Below, in pieces: positions 46,880-59,780 of a stretch of DNA of 64,000 nucleotides; position 1 is the stretch's first letter; each line of letters begins with the position of its first letter. Below the pieces are notes generated by a model. The model had not been told where the DNA came from. It saw only the letters and a list, made by a program, of their open reading frames with translations, and searched no databases. Source of the DNA: Octopus bimaculoides (taxonomy: Eukaryota); the NCBI RefSeq assembly GCF_001194135.2, contig NC_068986.1:501389-565388 (forward strand). Direction: 5' to 3'. A program made the position numbers and the translations under genes.

Positions 46880-47020
46880 CGGTAAAATGAACAGTTAAAA
46901 TAAGTACCAGACTTTATGAAAATAAGTTCTAGGGGCGATTTGTTCAACTAAGCCCATCAATTCTGTGCTCCGGTATGGCCGCAGTCCAATGAATGAAACA
47001 AGTGAACGAAATAAAAAAAG
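46880..47020 (+). mobile_element. SINE family B 3' end
   Basis: AATAAGTACCAG..GATTTGTTCAACTAA..GTGCTCCGGTATGGCCGCAGTCCAATGAATGAAACAAG. Confidence 0.7.
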
Positions 47021-47759
47021 AGAATTACTTCAGAGAACACGTTGTATCTATAGTGTAGATTTGTCTCACTAATTTCATTTGTTGTGGATGTTATTGATGT
47101 CGCTGCTGTAGCAGTAATTATTGCGCTGCTATCACTACGTAGCTTTTATATCAACCTGACCGAGCAGTCACGTGATCAAATCGTTGTAACTGTGACCTTC
47201 CCATCTTTCGTGGTTATTGTCGCTGTTTTTCGGGAATAGAGAACTCTTGAGTACTATATCCAATGTGCCCTTCATTTTTAAGATACTGTTTCAGGGTGAT
47301 CTGGCTGCTATTGCTCGGAGGCCTAATGACACCACAAAGAGGTATCCTCAAGATTGCCATGGTGACAAAATCAAAAACTGCTGGAGAAATGAAGTCAACA
47401 CAGACATCTTGAGTCTATAAACGATATCTTTTATGTAATTCATTTCTTACTAAGCCTCGAGGCTATACATTTATAAACAAGAGAAATTGAGATTTGTAAA
47501 GTTTCTGTCATTTTCAAAGATAAATTAAGAGAAGCTGTTTCAACCAGAGAAAGTATTCAATTTACTTATTAACTTTCTTGTTTAAAAGCAATTATCAAAT
47601 GTTAATGTATTTAATATCGGAATACAATTTATTCGTTGAAGAGGGAAAAGGATACAGTTATTTCACGACATATTTCGATATAGAGGTCAAATTGAAAGTG
47701 TAACCAGAAATAATCTGCAGATTTTTTAATGACTTAATCTGCGGAGGAGTGTTGAGAAG

Positions 47760-47890
47760 ACGGCAAACTGGCAGAGTTGCCAGTATCAGAGAGAAGGCCA
47801 GGCGTTATTTGCTTGGACTCTCTGTGCTCTACGTTCAAAACCCACCAAAGCCAACTTTGTCTTTCGGTGTCGATAATAAAGTACCGATCC
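47760..47890 (+). mobile_element. SINE family A, degenerate
   Basis: GGCAAACTGGCAGAG head, GTTCAAAACCC B-box, CTTTCGGTGTCGATAA core. Confidence 0.6.
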
Positions 47891-48499
47891 ATGAGTCAGT
47901 CATGGAAGGACAGCATGTATTTCGTTTGGGACGGGGCTTTAGACGATTGGAAGGAAACGGAGACCCGACTCGAATGCTAAAAGCACCCATCATGCTGTTA
48001 AAACGAGTGACGGATTCAGCCAACAACAGAAACAGCTTTCCCACAGGATTCCACGTAATTTCCATCTACCAAATTTCTCTCCTAAAGCTTACGTCAAACC
48101 GAGGCTATGAAATAAGACACTTACCCAAGGTGGCACCCGTCAGTGGGTTTGAATATTACAACATCATGGAGCTTCTCCACTCTGTAAGCACTAGCCTCCA
48201 GAAGTTCAATCACAGCATCGACACTATCAACCTCGCTAGTCTGGTGAAAGCTGTATGATGGCCTCCCTTATTCCTTCTACTAATGAATGATGTCTATCTG
48301 GAAGGAGGCAGACTAGGAAATGTTGGTTTAATTGATTCCAGAATATAATTTTTTACAATCTCCAGAAGGTTGAAAAGCAGATTCAATGCCGGTAAAGTTT
48401 GAAATTAAAAACGCACAGATATTACAAAGGCTGTCATTAACAATTACCCTCGAACCAAATGATACTTTGTAATTTAGGTGAATGGCCAACAGTCTTAAA

Positions 48500-48840
48500 A
48501 GAAAGATCAGCTGATCACTTGAGTCCCACTATTCGACTGGAACTATATTTTATCGAACTCAGAGAGGAAGGACAGATAAAACTGAGCTCGTTAGGATTTG
48601 ATCTCAGAACATTTAGAACCTGAATAAATACCGCAAAGTGTTTTAACCAACATTCTGACGATTCAGATACCCCAGTGGCCACCACCGACAAAATAACTGT
48701 TTCTGATTTAGTCACAAAACCAGCAATTTTAAGAGGAGGGTTTATTCGGTGTCCTTAGCCTCAGTATTAAACTGGTACATTATTTTATCGACGACAAAAT
48801 TTAACTCCGGTGCGATTAGGACTCTAAAAGTAAAAGTAAA
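48500..48840 (-). mobile_element. Two degenerate SINE family A fragments
   Basis: TTTTATCGAACTC..GGATTTGATCTCAGAAC and AACTGGTACATTATTTTATCGAC motifs. Confidence 0.55.
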
Positions 48841-48959
48841 AGAACCATAAAAAATACTATAAAGAATTCCAACTCTCCACAGATACAAAGAAAAACATAT
48901 ATGCGTGTGTTGTTTGTGTGTATTGATTTTAGGCAAGACGGGAAGCGAGGTGGCTTACG

Positions 48960-49785
48960 CGACATAGAGCCAGCAGATGTCCATACCCTCTCCCCTTTGT
49001 GGACATCGTTTCTCCCAAAACAAATGAGACACCATCAGTGCAGTATCATCTGGGGTGAACCGGTGCACCGTTATGACCATCACCGTCTGATATGCTTCCG
49101 CTCGGTCTCCCAGCCCTACAGTGATGCCTAGCTCAATGCAGTGCCATCACTCTCGACTGGTACTCAGCTGGATAGCAACTGTTTGCGCATCGGCATTTCT
49201 CTGAAGCTAGGCATCCGGATCTATGAGCCTCGCAAATGGCTCTGCGGATCCATTGTAAATTCTTTTAGTCCCCAGCTGTTGCCATGCCATTATAGTGCTG
49301 GCTGTCTTCCACGCTATGGTACTCTCAGTGAGATCATAAACCATGGCCTGGACGCCGCAGGCCTCCCTTCTCAGCTTAAGACAGCAGGGTCAGAGAGTGG
49401 GGACTGTAAAAGGCCAGACAGCATGACAATTTTCCCGTTCCGTGGTGGTAGGCCCCCACGTCTTGGATGTCACATGCTGCAACACCTTCTCCAGCGTCCT
49501 TAGTACGTTCGGTTGCCAGCCCAAGCTTCGCTTCTCATCAAGACGAGAAGGTAAAATGTCTGAATATCGGCCGCTCTCAAATAGATTTGTGGTCGAGCCT
49601 GTAGCAACAGACACCTCCAGCGTTCTCTCCCCACCACCAACCATGGCTATATCCCTGCTCACAACTATCGAGGCAGAGTTGACTATCCGCAAGTGCAAAC
49701 CCCGTGAGTCGGAGTGGCTGTTTCAGTGCGTCTCCCTCGCTATTCTCCGGGGCAACGCCTTTCCCATTGACGAGCCTTTTTAATT
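48960..49785 (+). mobile_element. CRE-clade non-LTR retrotransposon C-terminus with restriction-like endonuclease, decayed
   Basis: LRIGISLKLG..EPRKWLCG..PRYGTLSEIINHGL..CKRPDSMTIFPF..LDVTCCNTFS..KMSEYRPL..FVVEPVATDTS..WLFQCVSLAILRGNA. Confidence 0.85.
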
Positions 49786-51071
49786 GTAGCTGTTGTAGCT
49801 CTTTAAGACCACAAATAGTCTTTTAAATGGTGTCCAAGTTTTGACACAATTATTAATCGTTTCAAATGTCCATAGCAACATCATGTTAGCTCACCTATGT
49901 GTCACCTTAGCTTCACCCTGAGAGCAGCGACAGTTATTGTTGCTATTGTTGTTGTTGTTGTTGTCAACTATGACGAAGCAGTCCTCTGCTTGATGAATAT
50001 TCTAATCATGATTATTTTAATTTTATAGACGTTGTTTATCAGCTTTCTTTTCCTTTTCCTTTTCCGGGTGGTATTGTTTGGTTAGAAATACATCACTGTT
50101 ATTTCTTTCAGTCCGCACGACAATGTGTAGACTATTTTATAGATAGCAGTTTCTTTGGAAGCCATAAGTGGAGATTTAGAGTGTCTAAAATCTTTAGATA
50201 TTACAGAAATAAATCAAGTTAAACTTGCTTGACAGCCTGATAAATATAACAAGACATTTTTTGAAATTTGAAACAAAAGAAAAATATATAAAATGAGAAA
50301 CCAATTCCAGAGACAGACAGCTAGAGATTAACAGGTGTTAAAAATGGTCGAGCCTACCTTTTTACAGAGCGAAACAAATTATTTAAACATTTAAGTTGAG
50401 CTCTATGATAAGTCTCTCTCACTTCACTATTACGTAACCCTATCAATTGGATCAGATGGGAGAGGATGTTAGCTTCATAATACTGCTACTGACAGAGGGT
50501 GGTAATGGTGGCTATAGTTGTGATAGTGAATTTTATGGTGGAGAAGATGATTATGCTGATGGTGGTAGTGGTTATAGTGGTGATCATTTCTGTGATGGCG
50601 TGTTATATAAGGTAACAAGAATGAGAAAAGCTACAGTATAGAATTTCCAATGATTTCCCGAATACAAAAACAAAACAAGTAAACAATTTTAATATGATCG
50701 TTTTCTTTGGAATCCTAAAAAGCGTCTAATTCTCAAAATTCCCAAAATTCCTCAACATAAAATCTCTTATTACGTTTGCTGTTTATTTAGTTTATATATA
50801 TATATATATATGCGTATACATATGTGTGTATGTGTGCGTGTGTACGTACACATATATAGGCATGTATGTATCAATATATATGTTAAAATATAAATTTATT
50901 GTTATCTATCTATATATAAGATACGTAAATACATAAATATATATGTATACATATGTAAATAAACAAATAAATATGTGTGTATGTGTGTGTGTATGCATGT
51001 ATGTATGTTTGTATATACGTAATTAATAATGTCTACGGTTATGAATGTACAGAAACACACATATAAATTAT

Positions 51072-51114
<43 letters not shown>

Positions 51115-51355
51115 ATGTATACACACACATGTCACTAGAGAAGATGTAAAAATAAACTGTGGTGAATTCTTGTGTGTATACGCCGCAGCGAGAAAGAGGC
51201 GGCAGTTAGTGTGTGTGGTTGGGTGGGTGGAATGTAATAAGATAGAAAAACAAAAAGAAACAGAGAGGGAGAAAAGAAAGGTAGATTAAATAATTTCACC
51301 GAGTGGTTGTACATCTCCATTGTGTATTTAAATGTTTAGCATTCCCAATATTCAG

Positions 51356-51415
51356 TTATGAGTCTATTTGTGGAAATAATCCGAAGCTTTTTTGTTGTCT
51401 TTGTTTATATTAGCG
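51356..51415 (+). CDS. Candidate 60-nt internal exon (phase 1-1), hydrophobic: xMSLFVEIIRSFFVVFVYIS
   Basis: ATTCCCAATATTCAG acceptor, G|GTGAAT donor, frame-compatible with 40304-40396. Confidence 0.3.
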
Positions 51416-51964
51416 GTGAATTTTTAGTAGTCATTATTCTTGAATATTGCACCAGAACAAGAAACATGTGCAACGAAGTGCAAGTTATCATTGGTGATAT
51501 TGCATGGAAGCACATCAACATGCGCGTGGAAGCATGTGTTCTCGATTGTTTTTTGTATGGTGGGATCGACGTCTTAAAGGATTCTGCAGCTATTTGCTCT
51601 TAATATCTTGGTAATTATAAGACGGTGTGTTGGCTGAATCGTTACAGAGTTGGTTAGATTGCTCTTCCCTATTTGTTCTAGCTCTCAGTGTTCAAGATTC
51701 AATATCCGTTGAATTCAACTTCGCCTTTCTTCTTTCGTAGTTCACACATAAAACACCAGTTCGCAACGAGGTAGAATTCTTTCGTTCTCTCTCCCCGCTG
51801 TGTTCAAATCTGGAGAGGGGATGAGCTCACCTCAAAGACTCAAAGCACGTCGTATGCCAAAATGCTGTATCTACGACTCCACCAGGTAGTGAAAGTGCAA
51901 GGCACTCCTAATAACTATTTCGTTAGAGCATCGAATTAAATGCATTTTGCAATTTACTCCCAGC

Positions 51965-52240
51965 TGCGACAGTGAGCTGGCAGAATCGTTAGCGTTCTTG
52001 GTAATACGCTTCGCTACATTTCATACATTTTTATAATCTGAATTCTAATCCAGCCGAGGTCTACTTTACCTTTTTCCTCCAATTGAGTACAGGGATCGGC
52101 GTAATTTCTGGCTTTGTGCCAAAATTTGAAACTGTTATTTAGTTACAACTACTCACATTCTGAATTCACATGCAATCAGGTTCGATTTTGATTTCCCTTC
52201 TTCTGGTGTCGATAAAACAAATATCAGTCAGTAACTGAGA
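51965..52240 (+). mobile_element. SINE family A copy plus a second partial copy
   Basis: GTGAGCTGGCAGAATCGTTAGC head, GCCGAGGTCTACTTTACC core; second fragment TTCTGGTGTCGATAAAA. Confidence 0.75.
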
Positions 52241-52819
52241 TTGCTATGTAAAATATATTCATAGTGACAAAAAATATAAATATCTAAACCTATCTGCAAG
52301 ATATATATCATCTCTTAGTCATTAAACGTCAGCACTTTTTAATTTAATTTCTTCATTAAGTTATATAGGTTTTTAATTTGGATTTTTAATTTTGTTCGAC
52401 CGTATAATAATTCTGATACTGGCAAATCAGCACTCGAAGACAATACAAGATTTTAAGTTTATCGATAATTTATATTCCCGGCCAGATGAAAGATATAGTT
52501 GATCTTGGTTGAATATTATATTTATTGATAGTTTGACTGTAAAGAACCGTTTAATATACAGTTTGATTTCTGACTCCTGAGTTTCTTTCTTATCAAAGTA
52601 AGAAATAGTATTTCATCATTTTGAAGTTGATTAACTTGTGTTATCAACAGAGGCCAGGACTTTGATCGGAGGATTTAGTTCAGTCATGGCCAAACAGAGG
52701 TCCTTACTGAATGACACGCTTAACGAAAAATTACCTTGATTTTTATTAGTAATGCGGCTCGCCTGGTATTGGGTCATGTCTCGTGCAGCCCTATTCCCCT
52801 AAAAAGCTTGGCTGGTTTA

Positions 52820-52990
52820 GTTGACCAAAGTACTTGGCTGTTACTTGACTTTATTTTATTGACTCCAGAGAGGATGAAAGTCAAATTTAACGTCGGTGGT
52901 ATTTGAAATCAGAACTTAAAGTATCTAAAAAAAGAAAAAGAAAAAAAAAAGCAAAGCATTTTGCCGAACGCTCTAACGAATCTGCCAGCC
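52820..52990 (-). mobile_element. SINE family A
   Basis: GAGGATGAAAGTCAAA..TTTGAAATCAGAAC..CTAACGAATCTGCCAGC. Confidence 0.75.
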
Positions 52991-54144
52991 CTTGAAATTG
53001 ATGAAACAAAATCGGAATAAAGAAGACCAAACGATTAGCAATACAACTACTACTATATATCTGGCACTGCATATTTCATCGAGTATTTTCTTGAAGTTTT
53101 AAGTACCATCAAAGAAGAGCTCAGCAATCACTTAGAACTACCAATAATACTGCTACGCACATTTATGCTCTTATTCATACTCTTCCGACCACCATCAACT
53201 ACTACTATGACTGCTGCTGCTGCTGCTGCTACTACTACTACTACTACTATTATTACTTACTAATTTAATAAACCTCCAATTCTTTTTAGCTTTTATTTCA
53301 CGAAACTGATAATTGAAAACGAAAATTCACAATGATGATTATTCCAAAATATGATACCGAAGAATGATCAAACATATTCTATACCGTCATTCCCTGTCGG
53401 TTTAGTCGGGATTTTTGTGTTTGCTGGTTGCTTTTTGTTTTGTCTTGTCTTTTTTTTTTCTTTCTTTCCTTACATCAAATGAATGCCGCCGTTAAATGAA
53501 AGCAGCAATTAGAAAGAAATATGTTTTACGTTCTACAACTAACAACGAAGAAGTGTGGAATTTGTAGAATTCCTGTGAATAGCTTTTCGTCTAGAATTTA
53601 ATAAAACTGGGATTTGTATAAAAATAACACTGAAGACGAAATCAGCGATACAAATTCGTGACATCTATCTTTGCTTAAAAGTCACGACTAACATCTTTGA
53701 AAGATATACATTAATGTTTTTTCTTCATTATTTCTTAACTCATATTTTCTGTTGTGGTTTTTTCTTGTTTCTTTTTCTTACTGCTGCTGCTGCTGCTAAT
53801 ATTGTTATCTTACCTTCTATGTTTTTTTTTAATCTACTGACTAAGGAAAAGCATACTGAGAAGAAATCTGTATAGAAAGCAATATAATAAATTAACTCTC
53901 AAAGGTAATATTACTTTTGAATGCAAAGCTGTTATCACCTCCTACTTCCTCTCCGACTTGTTAAAAATAGCAATCAAATTCGCTCAAATCACACTCCACT
54001 ATCCTAATAAAAAAGAAAGAAGGACGCGTTGAACAATATAGTCGAAGATTTACAAAAACCAGGATGGTCGTGGTTGGAACGCCTCGGGTGAAGTTTGACT
54101 GACGACATCATCATTATGTTTTAGTAATTTACGTAACAAATAAC

Positions 54145-54215
54145 TATCTACTACTACTGCTACTACTACTACTACTACTGCTGCTGCTGCTACTACTACT
54201 ACTACTACTACTACC
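54145..54215. repeat. (CTA)n/(CTG)n microsatellite
   Basis: Seen directly. Confidence 0.9.
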
Positions 54216-54309
54216 AGTCCATGTTTCACTCACATCTATTCAAACTTAAAGTACCCACCTCTAAATAAGCATCTAAATCCTCCTTCAGAAAAATATTTTA
54301 CGCCGACCA

Positions 54310-54895
54310 ATCATGTTGTCCCTACCAGAAATGCTAAACCCATAAAATTAGTGCCCACTAAATACAACGTGTCTACCAAACATGTGCCCATTAAACAAGC
54401 TGTGAACACTAAACATATTATACTACCAAACATGAACCTACCCAGTAAAAGTGCATTATACCTTCTCAACATGTACCCACAAAGTTTGTCCACCAAAAAT
54501 TTACTCACTAAATATGTTATATCCGTCAAATATATCCCCATCATACATGGCCCCAGCAAACATGCACCCAGCAAACATGTAGCTATCAAGCATGAACCCA
54601 CCTGACAGATATCTATCAAATGTGTACCCACTAAATATCTACCCACCAAACATCTATCCCTAAGATGTACTCATCAAAATTGTTCCCATCAACTATGTGC
54701 CCATTAAGCATGTACCTATCGACTATATAACCACTAAGCATCTATCCACCAAGCATCTACCCAAACGTATACCCATCAAACATCACCCCTTCCCCAAATA
54801 TGTATCCACCAGACATGAACCCTCCAAAATTGTTCCCATCAAACATGTGCCCATCAAACGTGTACCCTCCAAATATATTATGCCCATCAAATATG
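54310..54895. repeat. Degenerate 15-bp minisatellite (about AAACATGTACCCATC; reads as K-H-V-P-I/T/S)
   Basis: Roughly 40 diverged units; 5-residue periodicity in ORFs 54351-54605 and 54697-55083. Confidence 0.85.
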
Positions 54896-55009
54896 GCTTA
54901 CTCTTCTCCTTTGCACAAACACTGATAAATTTCATGCTTTATTTTCCGTATTTGTTCCAACTTTCATTGATACTGGCACCTAGAATAGAGGTAACTGCGC
55001 AGTTAAGAT

Positions 55010-55340
55010 GCACGCTTCACAATCACGGTGATCTAGGTTCAGTTCCATCGTGCAGCACCCTAGCCAAGCGTCTTCTATTTTAGTCTCAAGTTGTTTTGAT
55101 GTGTACAACACATTTGTAAGGGAGGAGAAATGATAGAGGGTATATGTTTATGGGTTACATACTTTTTTGGTACATATTTAGAAGACGCGAGCTATTTCGT
55201 GGATACAATACATTTGCTTGGCACGAATCTGCCAATTGATTACGAAAAGACTGTCGGCTACGTGTTGTGTGAAGGCATATTATCTTCTCCGTTATTTGTT
55301 GGCGTAGAACTGTGGGACTGATGGGGAGAAAGAGGCGATA
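55010..55340 (+). mobile_element. SINE family B-like pieces, degenerate
   Basis: GGTGATCTAGGTTCAGTTCCATCGTGCAGCACCCTAGCCAAGCGTCTTCTA head-like segment. Confidence 0.5.
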
Positions 55341-55843
55341 AAACCACATCTCATGCATTATCTTCCCGCCCGTCCCCAAAGCTTGTGACAGAGTGGACAC
55401 TACTATAGGTACCCAGTGTCCGGTAATGTGCTAAACAAGGATTAAGTCTACTAATCATAACAGGTGCGGGGCATCCAATCAGCTTTTGCATTGATTTCTC
55501 TAATAAATATAAACTCTGCTTTATCCATTGAGCATTTAAAAACACGTTTATGCATACATACACACATGCACACATGCACACATGCACACATGCACACAGA
55601 CACACATGCACACAGACACATAGATAGACAGACAGACTGATAAATAGACAGATATAAAGAGAGAGTGAGGAAGAGAGAGAAATAGATAGGTAGAAAGAGA
55701 GGGAGAGAGGGGAAGAAACAGACAGACAGATAGACAGTTAAAGTTCGTTCTAAAAGGGTCTTTCGTACAAGTTTCGCCTAACGGCTTATCCAACTAGTCA
55801 GTCTAAACGATTTACTTTCAAAAAATGTAATTAAATAGTGAAT

Positions 55844-56093
55844 TATTTTTAATCTCGTTAAATCTTAAGTGTCAATTTGGTGAATTGGTCATTAAACTAT
55901 GTAAGTAAGAAGTTTTTTATAATTATTATTATCATTATTGTGGCCAATAAAACGAATTAATTATTATTATTATTGTCTATTAGAGAAAGGGATTTTCGAG
56001 ATTAACTATTTTTAATCTCGTTAAATCTTAAGTGACAAATTGGTGAATTGGTCAATAAACTACGTAGGTAGGAATTTTTTTTATTATTATTTT
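55844..56093. repeat. Direct duplication of a ~87-bp unit (period 163 bp)
   Basis: TATTTTTAATCTCGTTAAATCTTAAGTG..TTGGTGAATTGGTCA.TAAACTA at 55844 and 56007. Confidence 0.9.
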
Positions 56094-56211
56094 GTCCGTT
56101 CGGCTTTATGTTCGTTCGGCATTGAAGTCAGAGGAACTTACTTTGAAGGAGATTAGAATTTTGTATTTTGATATTAATAAATGTGTCTCTGGAATGTACC
56201 TTGTGCGTGAC

Positions 56212-56259
<48 letters not shown>

Positions 56260-56263
56260 CACA

Positions 56264-57035
56264 CAGAGGGTGTGGACGGTATTTGGTATTTTAAAAAAAC
56301 TTATATAATAACAGAAAGAACTATTTTTATAAAAATAACATAAACATAAGGCTAAATTATCAATTTAATAATTTCATTCAATAAAACCACCATAAGCATC
56401 AAAAACTACCTCTAAGCGGATTCGAAATCGTTTACAAGCTCGGATTAAGTGGTTCCTGTTCATATCGGACATGACTCAAACTATGGCTGCTTTCAAAGAA
56501 TCTTTGGTGCTATGAGGATGTTCATTGACATTTCTCTCAACGATACTCCATACATAGTAGTCCAGTGGATTGAGATCTGGGGGATTAGGACGCCAAATCT
56601 TGGGCCTGATGTGATCAAGCAAATTGTCGGTCATCCATTCTTGTGTCATTTGAGCCTTGTGTGATGGTGCAGAATCTTGTTGAAAGACATAAGGCCTTCC
56701 ATTGCATACACTGTTGATCCAAGGCTTAACGACTTTATCCAGAACCTCAATATACGCAGCAGCATTCACCCGAAGGCCTTGTGGAAAAAAGTGAAGAGGC
56801 ATCACATGTCCTTCATTGCTAACAGCACACAGAACCATGACACTCGCAGATAATTTTGTGTGCATCACACTTCGAACCTCAGAAAGGTCTGCCTATGCCC
56901 ATCTGTCATTTCTTCTGTCATTTCTTCTGTTAGTTTTCTGGTCCTGGTCGAAGTTTTTCTCATCTCAATAACACCAAATCACACCATCTTCTGGTGGAAT
57001 TTTAAGTTTGTTCAAAAGTCTTTTGGATCTGATTA
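56264..57035 (-). mobile_element. maT (DD37D) Tc1/mariner 3' half with terminal repeat
   Basis: DEKNFDQDQK..SVMVLCAVSNEG..FQQDSAPSH..WRPNPPDLNPLDYYVW; 37 residues counted between the second and third catalytic D. Confidence 0.9.
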
Positions 57036-57487
57036 AAGGGATCTTTATATATGTATGTATATATTGACCCATGATTGATCGAGAGGGGGGAGTCGAGAAT
57101 CAATCAAACCCAGTTGACACGGAAACGACCTTGGACTTGAATATGGCTATTCATTCGAACAGCCAACGAAGTGCGAACAACTTTGGATGCAAGCTGTGCT
57201 GTAGAACCTTTGCANNNNNNNNNNNNNNNNNNNNNNNNNNNNNNNNNNNNNNNNNNNNNNNNNNNNNNNNNNNNNNNNNNNNNNNNNNNNNNNNNNNNNN
57301 NNNNNNNNNNNNNNATATATATATGTATATGTGTGTGTGCGTGTGTCTGTGTGCACTATATATTTATAAAAGTAATAGACTTCTGGTAACGCATGCGCAA
57401 TGATAAACAAGTACCGGTAGGAGTTAGCTGTACATGTGCCCAACCGACTTTGTTTCCTCATAACTTTCAGAAAAATGGATATTTCTT

Positions 57488-57829
57488 AATGGAATGTTCT
57501 ACAAATTTACTTCAGATGGTTTAGATTCCGATTATATCAGAATTTGTTTTGAAATTAATTTTTCGAACACAAAATGTAATGTGTGTCATTATGCATATGT
57601 ACTATCTCACCAATTTTTCTTCTTTTTTTTTTTTATTAAATTCCCATATAATCGGAATCTACACACTCAGAAAGTTGCGAAGAAACAAAACCAACTCGCG
57701 TGAATTTTCTTAAACTCTTCTCCCCACTCACCCGAAAGACGTTTTTTTTCTTCTTTTAGGTTTTTCGCAACAGATTTAGATATAATCGAAACCTATGTCA
57801 TCTGAAACATATTTGTAGAAAACTTCATT
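57488..57829. mobile_element. MITE-like element with 51-bp imperfect inverted repeats
   Basis: 57488-57538 vs reverse complement of 57779-57829, 40/51 identical by hand count; third GATTCCGATTATA motif near 57645-57660. Confidence 0.55.
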
Positions 57830-58570
57830 GAAGATTATCCATTTTTCTGGAAGTTATGAAGCACCAACGTCGGTGAAGCGCATTTGTGTATGTATGCTCA
57901 TTGCTTCAAAATAAGTAATACAAAGATCATATTGTTATTATATATCTACGTATCGTTTTGCTTCGCTTCACTTTCAGTTTGTTTGTAGCAATAGTGAATT
58001 ATGTAACTGCATGTTATATATAAACAAAGGATAGACCTCTTTCGGTTCCGTTTGGATCAAAAGGTGACAATAATGTGAATGAGATAGGCTCAATCTTTCA
58101 CTACACATAAACGTGAATAAGATATCAGCATTTACAATGATATTGTGTTTAGTAACAAATACTAATTGTATTTAAAATGCATCAGAGTGTGTATATACAT
58201 ACGTGTGTGCGTGTGTGTCTGTGTGTGTGTGTATTGTGTATTATTAAGTTTATTGCCAGTAATTAGGTAGTAATTTCTCATTGCTTTATAAATGCATATT
58301 TTCTTAACATAATTGCATTTCATTTTATAGCGTCACGTTTTTCATTATTGATGTTCGAGTTTCATTCATGTTGCATTTCCTGCCATCATTCTTTCCATAT
58401 GCATGACATATGTATACTTACGCATATACACTATAGGAATATATGATACGAAACGTATGTAAAACATGGTATCTTAAAGATAGCATTTCCGCACTAGTAT
58501 ATATATAGATATAGAAATATATATGTATGTATGTATGTGTGTATGTACGGGGCGTGTGGGTGTTGGTGTG

Positions 58571-58609
<39 letters not shown>

Positions 58610-58776
58610 NNNNNNNNNNNNNNNNNNNNNNNNNNNNNNNNNNNNNNNNNNNNNNNNNNNNNNNNNNNNNNNNNNNNNNNNNNNNNNNNNNNNNNNNNNN
58701 NNNNNNNNNNNNNNNNNNNNNNNNNNNNNNNNNNNNNNNNNNNNNNNNNNNNNNNNNNNNNNNNNNNNNNNNNNNN
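58610..58776. other. Assembly gap (N-run)
   Basis: N-run after (GT)n. Confidence 1.
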
Positions 58777-58870
58777 TAGCGGTTCGGCAAAAGAGGCCGA
58801 TAGAATAAGTCCTGGGGTCGATTTGTTCGATTTGGCTGCTGTCAAATGATTGAAACAAATAAAAGAGAAT
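58777..58870 (+). mobile_element. SINE family B 3' end
   Basis: TAGCGGTTCGGCAAAAGAGGCCGATAGAATAAGT..GGGGTCGATTTGTTCGA..GTCAAATGATTGAAACAA. Confidence 0.85.
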
Positions 58871-59596
58871 AGTCGTTTGCGAAATTCTGTTTCCATGAGA
58901 TGAGAAGTAAGCAATTAGGAGTTAATGAATATATTAATCTATTAGTTAATTAATCAATTAATTATTGCAGCGGGTAACAAAGCAATTGAAAATCCCTTAT
59001 CTGGGATGTTAAACTGTAATTTCATAAGGTGAGCCAATATTTACAGCTATTTTTAACACATCGAAATTGGGTTTGTAAAATTAACTATTATCATTATTAT
59101 TATTATTATTATAATTTTTATCATCATCATCATCATCATTACGTTTTAGCATGAATATAATAGCATTTTGACAGCTTTGTATGTGTTAATGTTTTGATGT
59201 GTTAATGTTTCATAAAAATATGTAACACTATAAATTTTTGGTATACATTAAATTTACCGAACTGTTTGATTAATTATTAATTATTTATTATTTCATTAAT
59301 TTATAAACAAGCAATTAGACCTAGTTAATTTAAAAAGTAGAAAATTCATGAGTTCTAACATGGGAAGTAGATTTTATACTAGTACCACGTATGATAATTA
59401 TTGTATACACTGCCATATAGTATGATTCATACAGTGCTTAATTTATTGATGTTATATCTATATGAGGACATTTTATAAACAGACTCAGAAGAGTTGAATG
59501 GGTTGGTATTTTCAGAGGTAAATTTCTGTATTAACGCCCGCACGATTTTCACTAAGGAAAGCAAAAAAAAATCGGATCTTTTCGTGGAATCAAGTA

Positions 59597-59780
59597 CCCT
59601 GATCTCCTAATATGCTGCAAATCCCTTATTTTGGTTCGGAAAAAAGGTGGGGCGAGGGCTCCATCCCCATCCCGGAATCATTGGAATTTTTTTTTTTTTT
59701 CGTTGAATGAATTCCTGTGACCTCCTAGTATGCTATAAAACTCTTTTGGGGTCCGAAAAATGGGGTGGGGTGAGGTGGGA
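59597..59780. repeat. Two diverged ~60-bp direct repeats (period ~118 bp), probably DNA-transposon subterminal repeats
   Basis: CTCCTAATATGCT..TTTTGGTTCGGAAAAAAGGTGGGG vs CTCCTAGTATGCT..TTTTGGGGTCCGAAAAATGGGGTGGGG. Confidence 0.6.

Noticed and set aside
47749-48258. 169-aa ORF, one of the longest gap-free ORFs
   Set aside because: It is assembled from degenerate SINE pieces in both orientations; no protein motif recognised.
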